A stretch of DNA of 64,000 bases from Nemertoderma westbladi (taxonomy: Eukaryota > Animalia > Xenacoelomorpha). The stretch spans positions 1-64,000 of the forward strand of contig JAUCBJ010000174.1 of NCBI GenBank assembly GCA_032718475.1. Reading direction: 5' to 3'. Under the pieces are notes generated by a model, which had not been told where the DNA came from, ran no database searches, and saw nothing but the letters and a program-made list of their open reading frames with translations. The translations under genes and the position numbers were made by a program. Positions 1 through 11,886 of this stretch are shown here, piece by piece. How positions within the stretch are numbered: position 1 is the first letter of the stretch; each line of letters opens with the position of its first letter.

Positions 1-1062
1 TTGGAATCAGAAGCGATTCAACCTACGGCTTCTCGGAGCAGTGACAATGATTATGTCATAGAGTGGTATCAAGGTCCACAGCGTCTCACAGCGTACGATT
101 ATCGACACGCCAACTACGTTTCCCGAAAACGTTGTCGATTATGCGCATCGAGAGACCACTTCACGCCTCTAGACTCGAGCGTACCTTGTTCCTATTTCCT
201 CGAACAACCGATGATGGAAATATATTGTGCTTATTGCCGGCTTAATAACTCTCATATATTTGCCGTCTGCCCACAATTTATGACTCAATGTCACTACTGC
301 CAACTTAAAGGACATGAAAGTTACAATTGTCCCTTTAATCGCGATTTAGAGAGCGTAGACGAGATGATCACCCTGCGATACATCCGAGCTTGGGAAGTGA
401 ACGCCGATTTACATTGCGAATCCCGACATCGCTATTACCCTGGACGAGCTTACGAGGGAGTTTACGCGTTCCATCCTTACCTATTCGCGTCGATTGAACA
501 GAAAACACGCGTACCAAGTTACGAGTTAATAAAGCGTGTTGGTGAGTGTATTTCCACCAAGTTTGTCAGGAAATACCTTAGAAACGTTAACCCTAATGAT
601 ATAACCACATATCATCTGATCAATTTTATCCGTCAGGACCCTGAGTATGGCGACATTTTCGTGAACTCGCATCCTGAACTCCAGGAAGTATCTCGGCGCC
701 CATATGAATATCGAACCCGAGAACGCGAGCTGGAGAGAACCATTAAACCGAGAAAGTTCCTCACTACTCACGGTCCACCCACCGCTAGTGTCCAGACGAC
801 CCGTCAAGGACCCGTAGGAGCTGCTGTCCTGAGACGCGCTCTAAAGGCCGTTAGACCTCACTCCACTGATGTTGATATTAATCAACCAGGTACTTCGACC
901 GGCGGGTATACCGATCGTAACCCTGCACCTTCTGATGCAATTATATTGCACCCTTCGCCTAGGAGCTACAGCCCTCCTCGTAAAGTGGCTCGCCCCAAAG
1001 AGAAAATGACTCTTGCTAGCTTTAAAAAACTGCGTAAACGCCGTCCGCGCAAGAAAGACTAA
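1..1062 (+). CDS. Zinc-knuckle protein with Lys/Arg-rich C-terminus; probable 3' accessory ORF of an LTR retrotransposon (5' end outside the window)
   Basis: Cys/His clusters CRLC..H..C, CAYC..H..C, CHYCQLKGHESYNC; tail KKLRKRRPRKKD; followed about 70 bp later by a purine-rich tract (ctgggagcgg) and TGT. Confidence 0.6.
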   Translation: MESEAIQPTASRSSDNDYVIEWYQGPQRLTAYDYRHANYVSRKRCRLCASRDHFTPLDSSVPCSYFLEQPMMEIYCAYCRLNNSHIFAVCPQFMTQCHYCQLKGHESYNCPFNRDLESVDEMITLRYIRAWEVNADLHCESRHRYYPGRAYEGVYAFHPYLFASIEQKTRVPSYELIKRVGECISTKFVRKYLRNVNPNDITTYHLINFIRQDPEYGDIFVNSHPELQEVSRRPYEYRTRERELERTIKPRKFLTTHGPPTASVQTTRQGPVGAAVLRRALKAVRPHSTDVDINQPGTSTGGYTDRNPAPSDAIILHPSPRSYSPPRKVARPKEKMTLASFKKLRKRRPRKKD

Positions 1063-1140
1063 CTGTTTAGAGTATTTTTATATTTTAGAAACTGTGATTT
1101 TGTATATTTTGTAGACTTAAATCCCATTTTCTGGGAGCGG

Positions 1141-2374
1141 TGTAAAAGCTTTTGTGGGATAACTGATTCGTTTGCCTTGTTGGCCAGTTCCCCCCCGGTC
1201 GCTAGAATACTCTCAAGGGGATTTATAGCTAAAATAGTGCAAGCTACCAGCTTATTGGCTGATTTGCTGTACGCAGGCATCTGGGCTCTGTTTAATCGGC
1301 CAACTAGCCTAGGAAGGTTGCGTCATAGCCTTGTTTTTGTATCTCCCAATAGAATTTGAGTTAGCCTTGATTTTGACCTATCACAGAGCTACTGAACTGA
1401 AATTTTCCTATCTCACTGCTCTTTCTCTGTGTTGAACGGGAGCTTCGTGGAATAAGGGTAGTTGGTATCCTCGTATAGTGCAGTAGTCACGAGTTTTTCA
1501 AAGCCACGAAAGAACGGCTTTGTAGTGTTTTGTGTTTTTCTGCTTTTTAGTCCAACACTAGTAGGTTTAATTATAAGGACATATATCCTTTAACTGGCTT
1601 TTAATCACTTGAATAACTGCAGTAGTCACTGCTGCATAATACCTGCTGACACACGGCTTTTAATAACTGCTGAAACTGCTAAAATTTACCTGCTCAATCG
1701 ATACTGTATACTGCTATTTGTTGTCGGTTATTCATTATATTTGTTGATGAATTATTATATTGGAATAACGAGAAATAACCCCGAAAACCCAATATTCTTG
1801 ATATACCGAAGGTAAGAGAGAAAAGTTACCAATAACGATTGTGACTTATGTTAAAGTGGTTTGAAGTGAATCTAATGTTATTTGATAGACCCTACATGAG
1901 TCAGTCTGTGTTCCTTTTATATGTGACTAAAATCAGTGAAGATTGGCAGATTAGTGTGCAGTATTGTGCAGCATTGTGTATGAGTGAGTCTGTTAAAGAA
2001 GCAATTCCTAAAGAATGCGCCATATATGTGAATTATAATTAAGCCATATCGTTGTGAGTAGTTTAAGTCATAACTCTGTTTATATAGATAAAGCGCCACG
2101 TCCTAAAGGAACTGTTAATATTCCCGAAGGTGAATAATATTGTCAGAGATAATATAATACTGTCAGTCGAATAATACATTAGGCTTACATAGCAATAAAA
2201 TTAAACCGTCGAACCCAATCTCCCGGGAATATCCAGCGGGTGAATGATCGCGCACAGATTGGTTTCGACTAGTGTAGTGAATCAAATACTTGTCATAGGC
2301 TAAAAAGCGATTTAATATCTAGAAGACATCTTAATTTGGCGGGTTAAACTGCCAAAGGTCTGAAAGCGCGAACA
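1141..2374 (+). mobile_element. 3' LTR (TGT...ACA) of a probable BEL/Pao-type retrotransposon
   Basis: Starts TGT directly after a PPT-like tract and ends gcgcgAACA; about 1500-2374 aligns with about 10810-11612, and homology stops exactly at AACA in both copies. Confidence 0.7.
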
Positions 2375-3743
2375 CAGTGCGACTGTTATACTATACAGCC
2401 ATGGCCATACCAATCCGTATACCGGTACCAAGGAAGTTTTAGTACTGTAAAATAGTACCGGTACGTATCGTAAGTACTGGACCAGCTCACTGCAGTAGGT
2501 ACTGAAATAAAGTACTGTACAAGTTCACTGGCACTTCGAAATTACAACTGAAACATTCGCCATTTCGAAAATAACACAATTTTATAAAACCATTGCCAAA
2601 AACCTCAGTTTTTAAATTACAGGGTCAATTTACCACCTTTGGCTATTTGAAAATTTTGAGCTACTTGCACTTTTGGTGCTGTTTTAGTGTCTATTAAAAA
2701 ATAAAAGATTCAATTTTGCTTCTAATCTCACTTTCGATTACTAATAATGAATTTAACAAACCAAAAAAGCATAGTATGGCTGTACCAAAGTCTTTGAAGG
2801 GTGGTGTATTTTGAGTATTTTTTCAATTCTGAAAGGCGCTGTTATGGCATGGGTGCAGGAACTCCTCATACTGTATCTCGAAAACTACTGGAACTATTAA
2901 ATTTTTATTTGTCTCACCTGAAAGAGGACATAATTTTAGTTAGGGACAAGTATTTTCGACGAGCTAGACCTACTATTTCAGGGATTATAACTAAGAGAAA
3001 TAACAGGCCCACTAAATTAATGGACTTTGCAGCAGCTTAGCGGGTCGTATCTATAGTAGGTCATGGTGAAGGGTAGCAGAAACTGATAAAAAATAAAACG
3101 AGTGACTGCAGACGCCAAAATGGAATCATATCCAAGGAAAAAATCTATAATAATTTTGTTTGTTGTATCAATTATTGGTTACTGGTACATTCAGTGACAT
3201 TTTTTTTTTAAATTAATAACTGTCCTGGTCAATTAAAAAAAAAGCAAAAATATAACTTTTGGTACTGGGCTTGGCCGCCGGATCTCAAATACAGTACAGG
3301 CCACCAGAAAACGCGGATTTGTACAATTGTGAACACATTTTATCAATTTATCAATTTTATCAATTTTGTAATGTAATGTTGTTGAACGGGACAATTGAAC
3401 ATAATTGAACATAATTGAATTGGCAACAACCAAAATTTTTTCGCCAAAGGATACAATTGAATACTTTTGAAACGCTTTTAGTAATCTGGAAACTCTCTGT
3501 AGTTTGCCGCGAACTGTCACTCTCTTAAGGGGGGGGGGGGGGGGGGCTTAAAATTTTTCATAGTAACAATAAAATGTATTTAATTATAAATATTAAAATA
3601 TAACCGAAACAAACAAAATCAGACATTTATTGTAATAGAAGAACAAAATGTAGCCACGGACGGAACTATAAGAACAAAATGTAGCCACGGACGGAACTCC
3701 AACCTTTAAAATATTAAGGGAATTAAGGGAAAATATTAAGGTT

Positions 3744-4022
3744 CCACCTTGGTGTAGTGGTTGCATTGAATTCACATCTCCCGTAGGTCGTGGGTTCGAT
3801 CCTCACATGGGCCAGGGCAGTTTTCGTTTCGGCACGAATGCTTTAAAGGGACCAGCCAGGGCGCATCTCTGCCTTGCATCCTTAAGTGGTAGCTAAATGA
3901 GTACTGGAGTTTCCTCTGGGGAGTAAAGTTCTGGGGGGACCGCACTGGAAATAAGTCGTCAGACTTTGTGCGTAATCCCTGGCCTAGCGGCCGAAGAAAA
4001 TTTACTTTTTTTACTTTACTTT
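3744..4022 (+). mobile_element. tRNA-derived SINE with Nin-like central domain
   Basis: A box tggtgtagtgg, B box ggttcgatcct, central gccttgcatcct...taaatgagtactgg...ggggagtaaag resembling the Nin domain, (tttac)n tail. Confidence 0.7.
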
Positions 4023-4179
4023 AAGGGAAAGGATTAGGTTACAGTGTCTGTTTTCTAACCAAAACAATAAACGAAACTTTATTTCACCTGCGGTCAATTT
4101 GTGCAGGAGATCACTTTTTCACTTGCGGATAATTATTGGACCACTATCTAAATACGCTAGCTAGGCATAGTGAAAATTT

Positions 4180-5155
4180 CTAAATTAATTGTATGCGACG
4201 ATTTTGTCGCTTGGCATAAATATTAATAATGGCATCTACAGGAATATCTATGTCCTGATGAACACTCATTAATGCTAGCCCAGAGAGACGCTCCTGGGTC
4301 ATGGTTGACCTAAGATAAGTTTTTAGAAGTTTTAATTTCGAAAATGACCGTTCTGCTGTAGCATTTGACACTGGCACAGTTCCAAATATGCGGAGTAGTA
4401 TTGCTACAGATGGCATGAATTGAGCCTCAGCTAAAGCGATCCATGTGGAAATAGACGTATGTTGCTTGATTTCATCACTAAGACGACTGGAGCTGCGCAT
4501 CCATGCCTCCACCTCAGCGGAAACAACTGTCTTTGGTGGATCTAGATCACCCGCGAATATGTCTGCAGCCTCCAATACTCGATCTAAACTATTTTCAGTC
4601 CTAAATGCCGGTATAAGTTCTTGTAAATGGACAACAGCTGGTACGTGGTCACTGAACTGTCGTTTCAACTCACTCAAGATATGATCGATAAATGGCAAAA
4701 ATACTGTAACTCTATAATACGTTTCTGGGTCAGACACGGCAGGATTAGCACGATTGGATTGACGCCCTACTAATCTCGGAATTGTGATGTCCTGGTTTAT
4801 TTCTGTAGCAATATTCCTAGCTTCTGTGAATATTTTACTAAACGATACCTCATAGTTTTCCCTCATAGACTCGAACGCCTTTATCTCTTCATGAACACGT
4901 GTATACGCCTGTCCAATATTGATTCTCGGATTCTGTAGGGCCTCACTCAAATGAACTGTTTGCTGAAAACAGCGAACAGCAGTCTTTAGCGAAATGATGA
5001 ACGCAGACTGGGAACACGCCTGAAGCAGCTGATGGGCATCGCTTACTACCTTTGCTTCATTCACATTATCTTTATCCGAGTAGAACAGAAGCATGTCAAT
5101 AATAGATAAATAGAGTTCATCAAAGCGAAGAATTGAATCATGTCTCTCAACCCAC
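4180..5155 (-). pseudogene. hAT transposase last exon (ZMYM1/PRKRIR-like) with C-terminal dimerization domain
   Basis: RWVERH after acceptor tttttctag; YYRVTVFLPFIDHILSELKRQF; PVSNATAERSFSKLKLLKTYLRSTMTQERLSGLALMSVH. Confidence 0.88.
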
Positions 5156-6109
5156 CTAGAAAAAAAACAGAATGATTTCAATGTTAAAAGCTACTTTAAT
5201 AGGAATCGATAAAAGCATCAAATTATAAAAGTTTGCATCTAATATTTATAATTATTTATTACATGGGAAAAAAGTAGAACTTTTTTTCACTATTCTCGGC
5301 GCTCGGTTAATAAAGGGTCAAGAGAATATTGAAAAAAAATGTTCTTCTTTTTTTCCCATCTAATTAATACCTAATTTTATTCTTAAATTGGAACCTTTTT
5401 GTTGCTAAATTCTTTATTTAAAGATATATAACGAAGTAGTGTGTTATAAATGAAATTGAACTACAGTACAGTAATTAAATAATAATTATTATAATAATAA
5501 TAAAAATATAATAAAAATAATAATTATAATAGTTTTTAGATCCACTTAGCGAGACCTCTTCTAGTATTCACTCCGTTTGTTGGTATTGTTATTGATTTTC
5601 AGTTTGCTTTTGCATTAGCTCCCCTTAAGGCCTTGAGGTATAGATGAGAGCCAATAAAAGACAAACGAAGATGTCCTAACTGCTATAAATACATTGCAAA
5701 CTTCAATAAAATACCTGACGGCTTCGTTCATAAAAATATATTTTGAGGGGACACGACCCATCTGCGATCTGCCATATGTGGTGGTGTCCTTACATTGATA
5801 ATAAATCGATTTTGGAACAATATAACGGCACTAAAAGGAGCTGAATTATTTGTTGAATAAGTTAAATTTGTTTAAATTAATCTATAATGTACAACAATGC
5901 TCTATATTATGTATACTACATGTTCTCATATAATATTAATATTGATGTTTCATTATTTACAAAAATGTATAACAATTCTAATAAAATTACAGTATGTATG
6001 TCACAAAAATACATTATTGCGTTTTTCCTTTCTCTCTGCGTTTTTCCTCCCTCTCTGGTCATTTTTCCGCGTAATTCTTTTCCCCCCTTGTTTACAGTCT
6101 GTTTTACCC

Positions 6110-6180
6110 CAGCCCTTGCTCAGTTGGTAGACCGTTGGACTTGGAATCTCTAGGTACCGAGTTCAATCCCACGTCATGCT
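6110..6180 (+). other. tRNA-like Pol III head (SINE head or tRNA pseudogene)
   Basis: gctcagttggtaga A box and gagttcaatccc B box; no proper acceptor stem. Confidence 0.45.
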
Positions 6181-6399
6181 AATGTAATTTTTTTTGCGAA
6201 CAAAATATGTCGGTTTTGTAAAGTTTTTATATCGAGAATTAATAATTTAGAAAAAATATTAAATCTTTCAAAATAGTAATTTTTCATTAGTTCAAGTATA
6301 TAGTTCTTTCATTTATCATCAACCGTTTATCTTTCGGGATTTATAGTATAAATTGTAACTCTGGAACCAATCAGTAAATTACTAACCTTGTAGGGCAAA

Positions 6400-6886
6400 G
6401 CGTTTTTACACCTTTTACTCTCGCCAGTACTCCTCTATGGGAGTCCATGCTGTGCTCTAACTGCTGAGGACACCAAATCTCTGGATGGCACATTCGCAAG
6501 AATGCTACGCCGGGTTCATTGTGTCAAGTACAATGCACACATCTCCAACCAGACACTATATGACATTTGAGGTTTCTCATTGGTTCCCCCCAAGCTTGAC
6601 ACTAGAACAAAATCGCCTCCGCTTTGCAGGACATTGCTTTCGCCGTGAGGACCAGCCAGTGCATAATCTTGTACTTTGGCAGCCTCATGGAGTGAATAAG
6701 CATGGTGGACAGCCCATGACTTTCTTGAGACGCATCTTAAAGGACACTGGCCTTAAAGATGCGGATGATCTAGCAAATGTCATGGGTGATAGGGAGTTGT
6801 GGCGGTGCAATTTTGTTGACAAGCCGGCACAGCATTCTTAAAAATGCAGCTGCAATGCAGCATGCCGATCCTAGTAGTAGTAGTAG
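6400..6886 (+). mobile_element. 5'-truncated RTE-clade LINE, 3' end
   Basis: RLRFAGHCFRR..LVLWQP..DRELWR, similar to the C-terminus of the RTE at 44945-46021; (tag)n tail at 6872-6886. Confidence 0.8.
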
Positions 6887-7058
6887 ATGAAAATCCAGCC
6901 GATGTAGAATTGGGGGATTCAGGAACAGAATGGGAAGATTCGGTTTCATTAGGCAATCGGCATATCCCTACTGGTGTTTCAGTGGGGCTATCAGTATCAG
7001 GAGCTTGAGCTGAAATTTTATGGAAGAATCCATCAAGTGTACCACCACTGCGTTTCAT
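6887..7058 (-). pseudogene. Probable hAT transposase N-terminal exon, cut by the RTE insertion
   Basis: MKRSGGTLDGFF start followed by a Ser/Thr-rich segment, inside the hAT TIRs and on the transposase strand. Confidence 0.5.
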
Positions 7059-8719
7059 AACTCACTTTACACTTTGCACTGCTACCTTTTCCAGAAATAT
7101 AAATAATAATAATGACGGTAATTCAGTAATCGAGTCGAGTAATCGAGTTCGGTCTAGTACTTGAGTCTTTTAGTCTTTTAGTAGGCCTTGACTACAGTAC
7201 TACTGACAGAGTGACCTACAATCCTTCAATCTGATACCTGTAGGCCTAATCTATAGAATAGGCTGATAGGCCTACCTAACCCAGTAACCAGGTATGAAGT
7301 ACCAGAATACAGCTACAACAGCCTGACAGCGCAGGTACAGCGGTAGGCTTACTGGCTTACAGCTACAGCTGTACAGGCAGTGCTGCAGTGCAGCAGTGGC
7401 AGACACTCAGACAGACAGACAGACAGGGTAACAGGAACAGCTGAACTGGCAGACTGGAGTAACGGTACTCGTACTTCTGTACTTTCGTTTTCGTACCGCC
7501 GAAGGCAGGTCAGCTCAGCAGGTAGGTACCGGTACTGCAGCAGTGCAGTCAGGCAGTTGCCTGCCGGGACTCTCAGGCATGGGATTATGTGAATCCAATC
7601 TGGTCGGGCTGCTAATGTAACTTTGACAAATTTTACCTTGCCTGAGAGTACTTTTTCAAAAAAGAGAATATAAAAATGACCCTTTTCTCAAAGGGCAGCT
7701 TATTGGAACTGTGCTACTGTATAAATCAGTAAAAATTTTCTTTATCATTACTTATGTATTTTTTTAAAAGGGGGGGGGGGGGGGGGGCTAAAGCCCCTTA
7801 GCCCCCCCCTTAGATCCGCCACTGCTGTCACTCACTGCAGCTGGAAATGCGATAAGGACTTTTTTACCTTTATAGTGTGCGGTTAATAGTGTCTAGTTGG
7901 CAGGCCTATAGTTAGTGATGTTAAGGCATCTTCTGGTGTTTCTCTGTGCCCTCTCAGTGTCAGACTAATGGTGCGACATCTCCCTGCACTAAATTAATTA
8001 TTCAATGATCTAGGCTCCTCCATCCACATACCCATCCACTCCCATACACTCCATGAACCTCCATGTGGTCTTGTATGTAGTTCTCTCTCTACCAATACAG
8101 CCCATGTCCGCAATGTTACGCCCTGGGGGCTCTCTCATCTACCTGATATCATACATACAGGCGCACCGCACATGTAGTCGTTCGAACGCAACGAGGGAAA
8201 TGAAAGAGAATAGTATTGTGTCTGACGACTTCTGACTAACGACAGGCAACTCGTTAATGGGGCCCCTATATGCTAAGGCTTTGCTCACTTCGTGCTGCGT
8301 GTTGACCCCGCGAACGTTTCCTTCCTTCGTAACGCATCTATTACATCCATCACACCTAGATATCGAAACATTCATCACCCCTAGGTGTGCCGCTATTAAC
8401 TCAAGTTTTGGAACGGGGATTGCGGAATGCCATCCGTTCATCATTGTTAATTCATGGAGAAGAGATATTAATTCGACGAGATTTGCTTCAAAAGTGTCTC
8501 CGTCGATATTATACAAATAATAACAGGTAAGCTTCAACTTTATAGTAGTTATTTTTACCGATGGAAAGATGGCCTTGCAGCAAGACTACTACCTAGGCAT
8601 TGCTTACAGGGATGCCAAAATAATACAATCTGAATTTCGTAATGAAATAGCTTGACATATGGACTTTAGAAAGTTATGTCTTGTCTTTGCTTACGCTGTA
8701 TGAAGGCCATATACAGTAT

Positions 8720-10440
8720 TCTATTTAATAATAATAATTAGCGTTTAATTATCCAACGGATAAGAGAGATAGGAAAATATACACCTTTGTAACGGTAAAT
8801 AAAATAAAATATAGAATACGTAATAAAATATATATCATATATAATTATAAATTATTTAAAGCTAATTTAATAATAATATTAATAATAATTATATTATTAT
8901 ATAATTATATTATATAATTATATTATATAATAATAATTAATAATAATTTAATAAAAAGCTAAATGGAGTGGATGTTGATGCTCACTAAAATGGGCGCTAT
9001 CAGGGGCGTGGTAGATGTCAGTGGCGGTGGAGTTACAATATTTACAAAGGCAGTTATTTGTGGGTCTCCAGCATTTCGACTTGGTGCACAGCTTGTGGTG
9101 GTAACCATTCGAGAGAAACTGAGATGCAACTCTGCGTCGTTGCCGGCAAAATATTTAACATTTATCAGGGCTGAATCAGGGTATTCTATCGCTTTCAATA
9201 CATTGGTTGTGGACGCATATTTTGCAATGCCGCACCATAATTTAAATAAAACGCCCCGAACTTTTCTTACGTGGGTGGGTTCGCCCTGATTCCTGTCTCG
9301 GAATATATCGCACCCGTAAGTGGTTGCGGGGAAAACCACTAATGACCATAGTGCCTGTGCTGATTCCAGAGAGATAGCTCCCATGTTGACCGTGAAAGCA
9401 AGACACATGCAGGATGATATCCCACGCCGATATAAGTGCTCATAATGCGCAGTGGGTAGATTCTTTGTGGATAACGTCACCCCGTGGTAACTAAAGTTGT
9501 TCACAAACTCCCTGAACTCAGCTGAGGTGATAGGGTCATCTAGGATGGGTGTAGAATTTTCTGGGATGACTGGAAGCAACGGCGCTGTATCTCGGAGGAA
9601 TAACTTCGAGAAATGTGCCGACCAGTCCTCGGTGGCTACCTGTGATGCCACAGTATCTCTCTTTGTTTTAACATCTTCCAGAATTCTTTTTGATCTTCCT
9701 CGCAGCGTTGTATGAGCTTTATTTCAGTCTGGGCGGCGTAAAACTTTTTCTTACCCTTAATAATAATAATAATAATAATATTGGTTATTTATATAGCGCT
9801 TTATTATGCTCGGCATACTCAAAGCGCTTTTATTATCATTACCCCAGCAAAGCCAGGTTCCCATTATACCGCTGGGTTGACGTAGGCACTAATGTCTAAA
9901 GTGTCTTGCCTAGGGACACAACAGTGCGAAATTTCTACAGCCTTTAGTCGGATTCGAACCTGCGCCACCAAACACTATTGTGTAAGCAGTTCAGGCGCCA
10001 TATCCACTCGGACACTGCGACATCCAGTAATGACTTATACTCACGTCGCAAATTATTGTATTCGGCGGGATATGGAGGCGGTGAACTTGAATCCTTCGCT
10101 TTCTTCCTACTTTCTATTACTCATTGTTGCATGATATAGCAGTCCCAGTCAAACCAAGGTTTGGATTTCCGTTTGGGGTGGGGTATGGTCGATCCCTTTA
10201 TTTTATAGCCTCGGTGATGAACTGATACGCGGAATCAGCGCCCGTGTTCATAGCTTGCTGAAACCTGGTGGTGTCCAAGAGTTCTGAGAGTTTATCAGGA
10301 TCAATTGATCGGATGGCTGGTTCCCGTATCTCACGAACCTTTCTGAAATCATAATCAATATTGATGCGAATGCGTTGGTGTTTGGAGTTAATTGTCGGGA
10401 TGACCTCTACAACAGTCCAAGTGTAAAGGCTTTTGCGGAT
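8720..10440 (-). mobile_element. Degenerate, internally deleted non-LTR retrotransposon (LINE) fragment
   Basis: Minus-strand linker KRKSKPWFDWDC, WSAHFSKLF..ILDDPITSAE fused to post-RT FSYHGVTLS..PATTYGCDIF; (att)n tail near 8725. Confidence 0.65.
9758..10025 (-). mobile_element. tRNA-derived SINE with V/CORE-like domain and L2-type tail
   Basis: Minus strand: head gtgtccgagtgg...ggttcgaatcc; gttgtgtccctaggcaagacactt; tail aagcgctttgag...aaagcgctatataaat(att)n. Confidence 0.8.
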
Positions 10441-10470
10441 CTAACTAGTTATTTTCCCCGTAAAGTACTC

Positions 10471-11612
10471 TGTAGGTGTTTTAACGGACATAAAAAGCCG
10501 TTTCCTTACTGTACCGGTGTTTTAGTGGACATAAAAGCCATTTCTTCTATATGTGTACTTTAGCGGACATAACTAACTGTGTACTTTAGCGGACATAACT
10601 AGCGATCTTATGTCGCAATAGCCAAAATCCTCTTGATACAGTGTAGTTACTATGACGACGGCTAACAGCTGATCTGTACACGTGGAGCTTTTTCTTTGTT
10701 CTCTGTCGTTTCTTTGTTCGGTCGACCAATCAGAGCGTTTTTTGACTCTGTGTTGGAGGTTGTATACAGAAACTCATGAATTGAGTCAGTATGTGTATTT
10801 TGTCCACAGCCAGAAGACCGGCTTTGGAACCTCTGTGTTTTCAGTCTTTAGCCCAACATTAGTAGGCTTAATTATAGAACGTATATCTGTTATCTTACAA
10901 ACCACAATTCATATCATACACAATTCATCCGTAACATTTGTACTGCTATTTACTGTCGGTTATTCATTATATCAGTTGATGGAATATTATTATATTTGGA
11001 TAATATCGATAAATTAATCATAAAACCCTCAATCTTCTTGATATACTGAAGGTAAGAGAGACCGGTTACATATAACGATTGCGACTTACATTAAAGTGGT
11101 TTTGAAGTGAATCTAATGCTATTTCATAGGCACTACATGTATTGGTTGTTGTTCTCTTTATATGTGACTAAAATTAGTGAAGGTCGGCAGATCGGTGTGC
11201 AGCATTGTGCAGTATTGTGTATGATTGTGACTGATAACAAAGCATCTCCTAAAGAATGCGCCATATACGTGAATCCATAGCCATCCCGTTGTGTCTAGTT
11301 TAAGTCATAACTCTGTTTACATATTTAGAGCGCCACGTCCTAAAGGAACTGTTAATATTTCCCGAAAGTGAATAATATTTGTCAGAGATTATATATTACG
11401 ATCAGTCGAATAATACAGTAGGCCTACACCGCAATAAGGTTAGGCTTCCGAATCCAGTCTCCCGGGTATATCCAGCGGGTGAATGGTCGCGCATAGACTG
11501 GCTTCGGCTAATGTAGTGTATCAAATACTCGTCATAGGCTAAAGTCGATTTATTATCTAGAAGACATCCCAATTTGGCAGGTTAAACTGCTAAAGGTCTG
11601 AAAGCGCGAACA
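10471..11612 (+). mobile_element. LTR related to 1141-2374 (left border uncertain)
   Basis: 3' about 800 bp aligns with the first LTR, including gaag|gtaaga and the terminal ggtctgaaagcgcgaaca. Confidence 0.7.
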
Positions 11613-11886
11613 ATAACAGATATTGCTTCTGTATTGCAGTAGGCAATAAAGCTGAAGTACCGGTCAACCGGTACCTAGTAGGCCTGACTACCTAACCACC
11701 CGGACCGGTACCTACAGCAGTACAGGTACAGCAGTATTATTCGATTTTGATAATTATATACCGGTAGGTCTTAATAAGTAATCGGGGACGCCTGGTTTTT
11801 ATTGGGATTTTACTTATTTCTGTCAGTTTTATTTATTTGTAGGCCAATATTGAGCAGAAGGCGTGTAAGCCTGCTCAGATTGTACA

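Larger units (their letters stand above)
3522..7824 (-). mobile_element. hAT DNA transposon, internally deleted, with nested SINE/LINE insertions
   Basis: TIR cagtggcggatctaagggggggg (minus strand) at 7824; degenerate partner ctcttaaggggg at 3522; 8-bp TSD ctgtcact at 3514-3521 and 7825-7832. Confidence 0.75.

Noticed and set aside
6110-6180. Functional tRNA genes here and at 26801-26877
   Set aside because: A/B boxes are present but acceptor and T stems do not pair
7900-8700. Short ORFs at 8053-8537
   Set aside because: No recognisable motif, termini or splice structure; left unassigned
10198-10440. Antisense accessory ORF next to the second LTR
   Set aside because: Continues by frameshift into KPWFDWDC, so it is the linker of the minus-strand LINE
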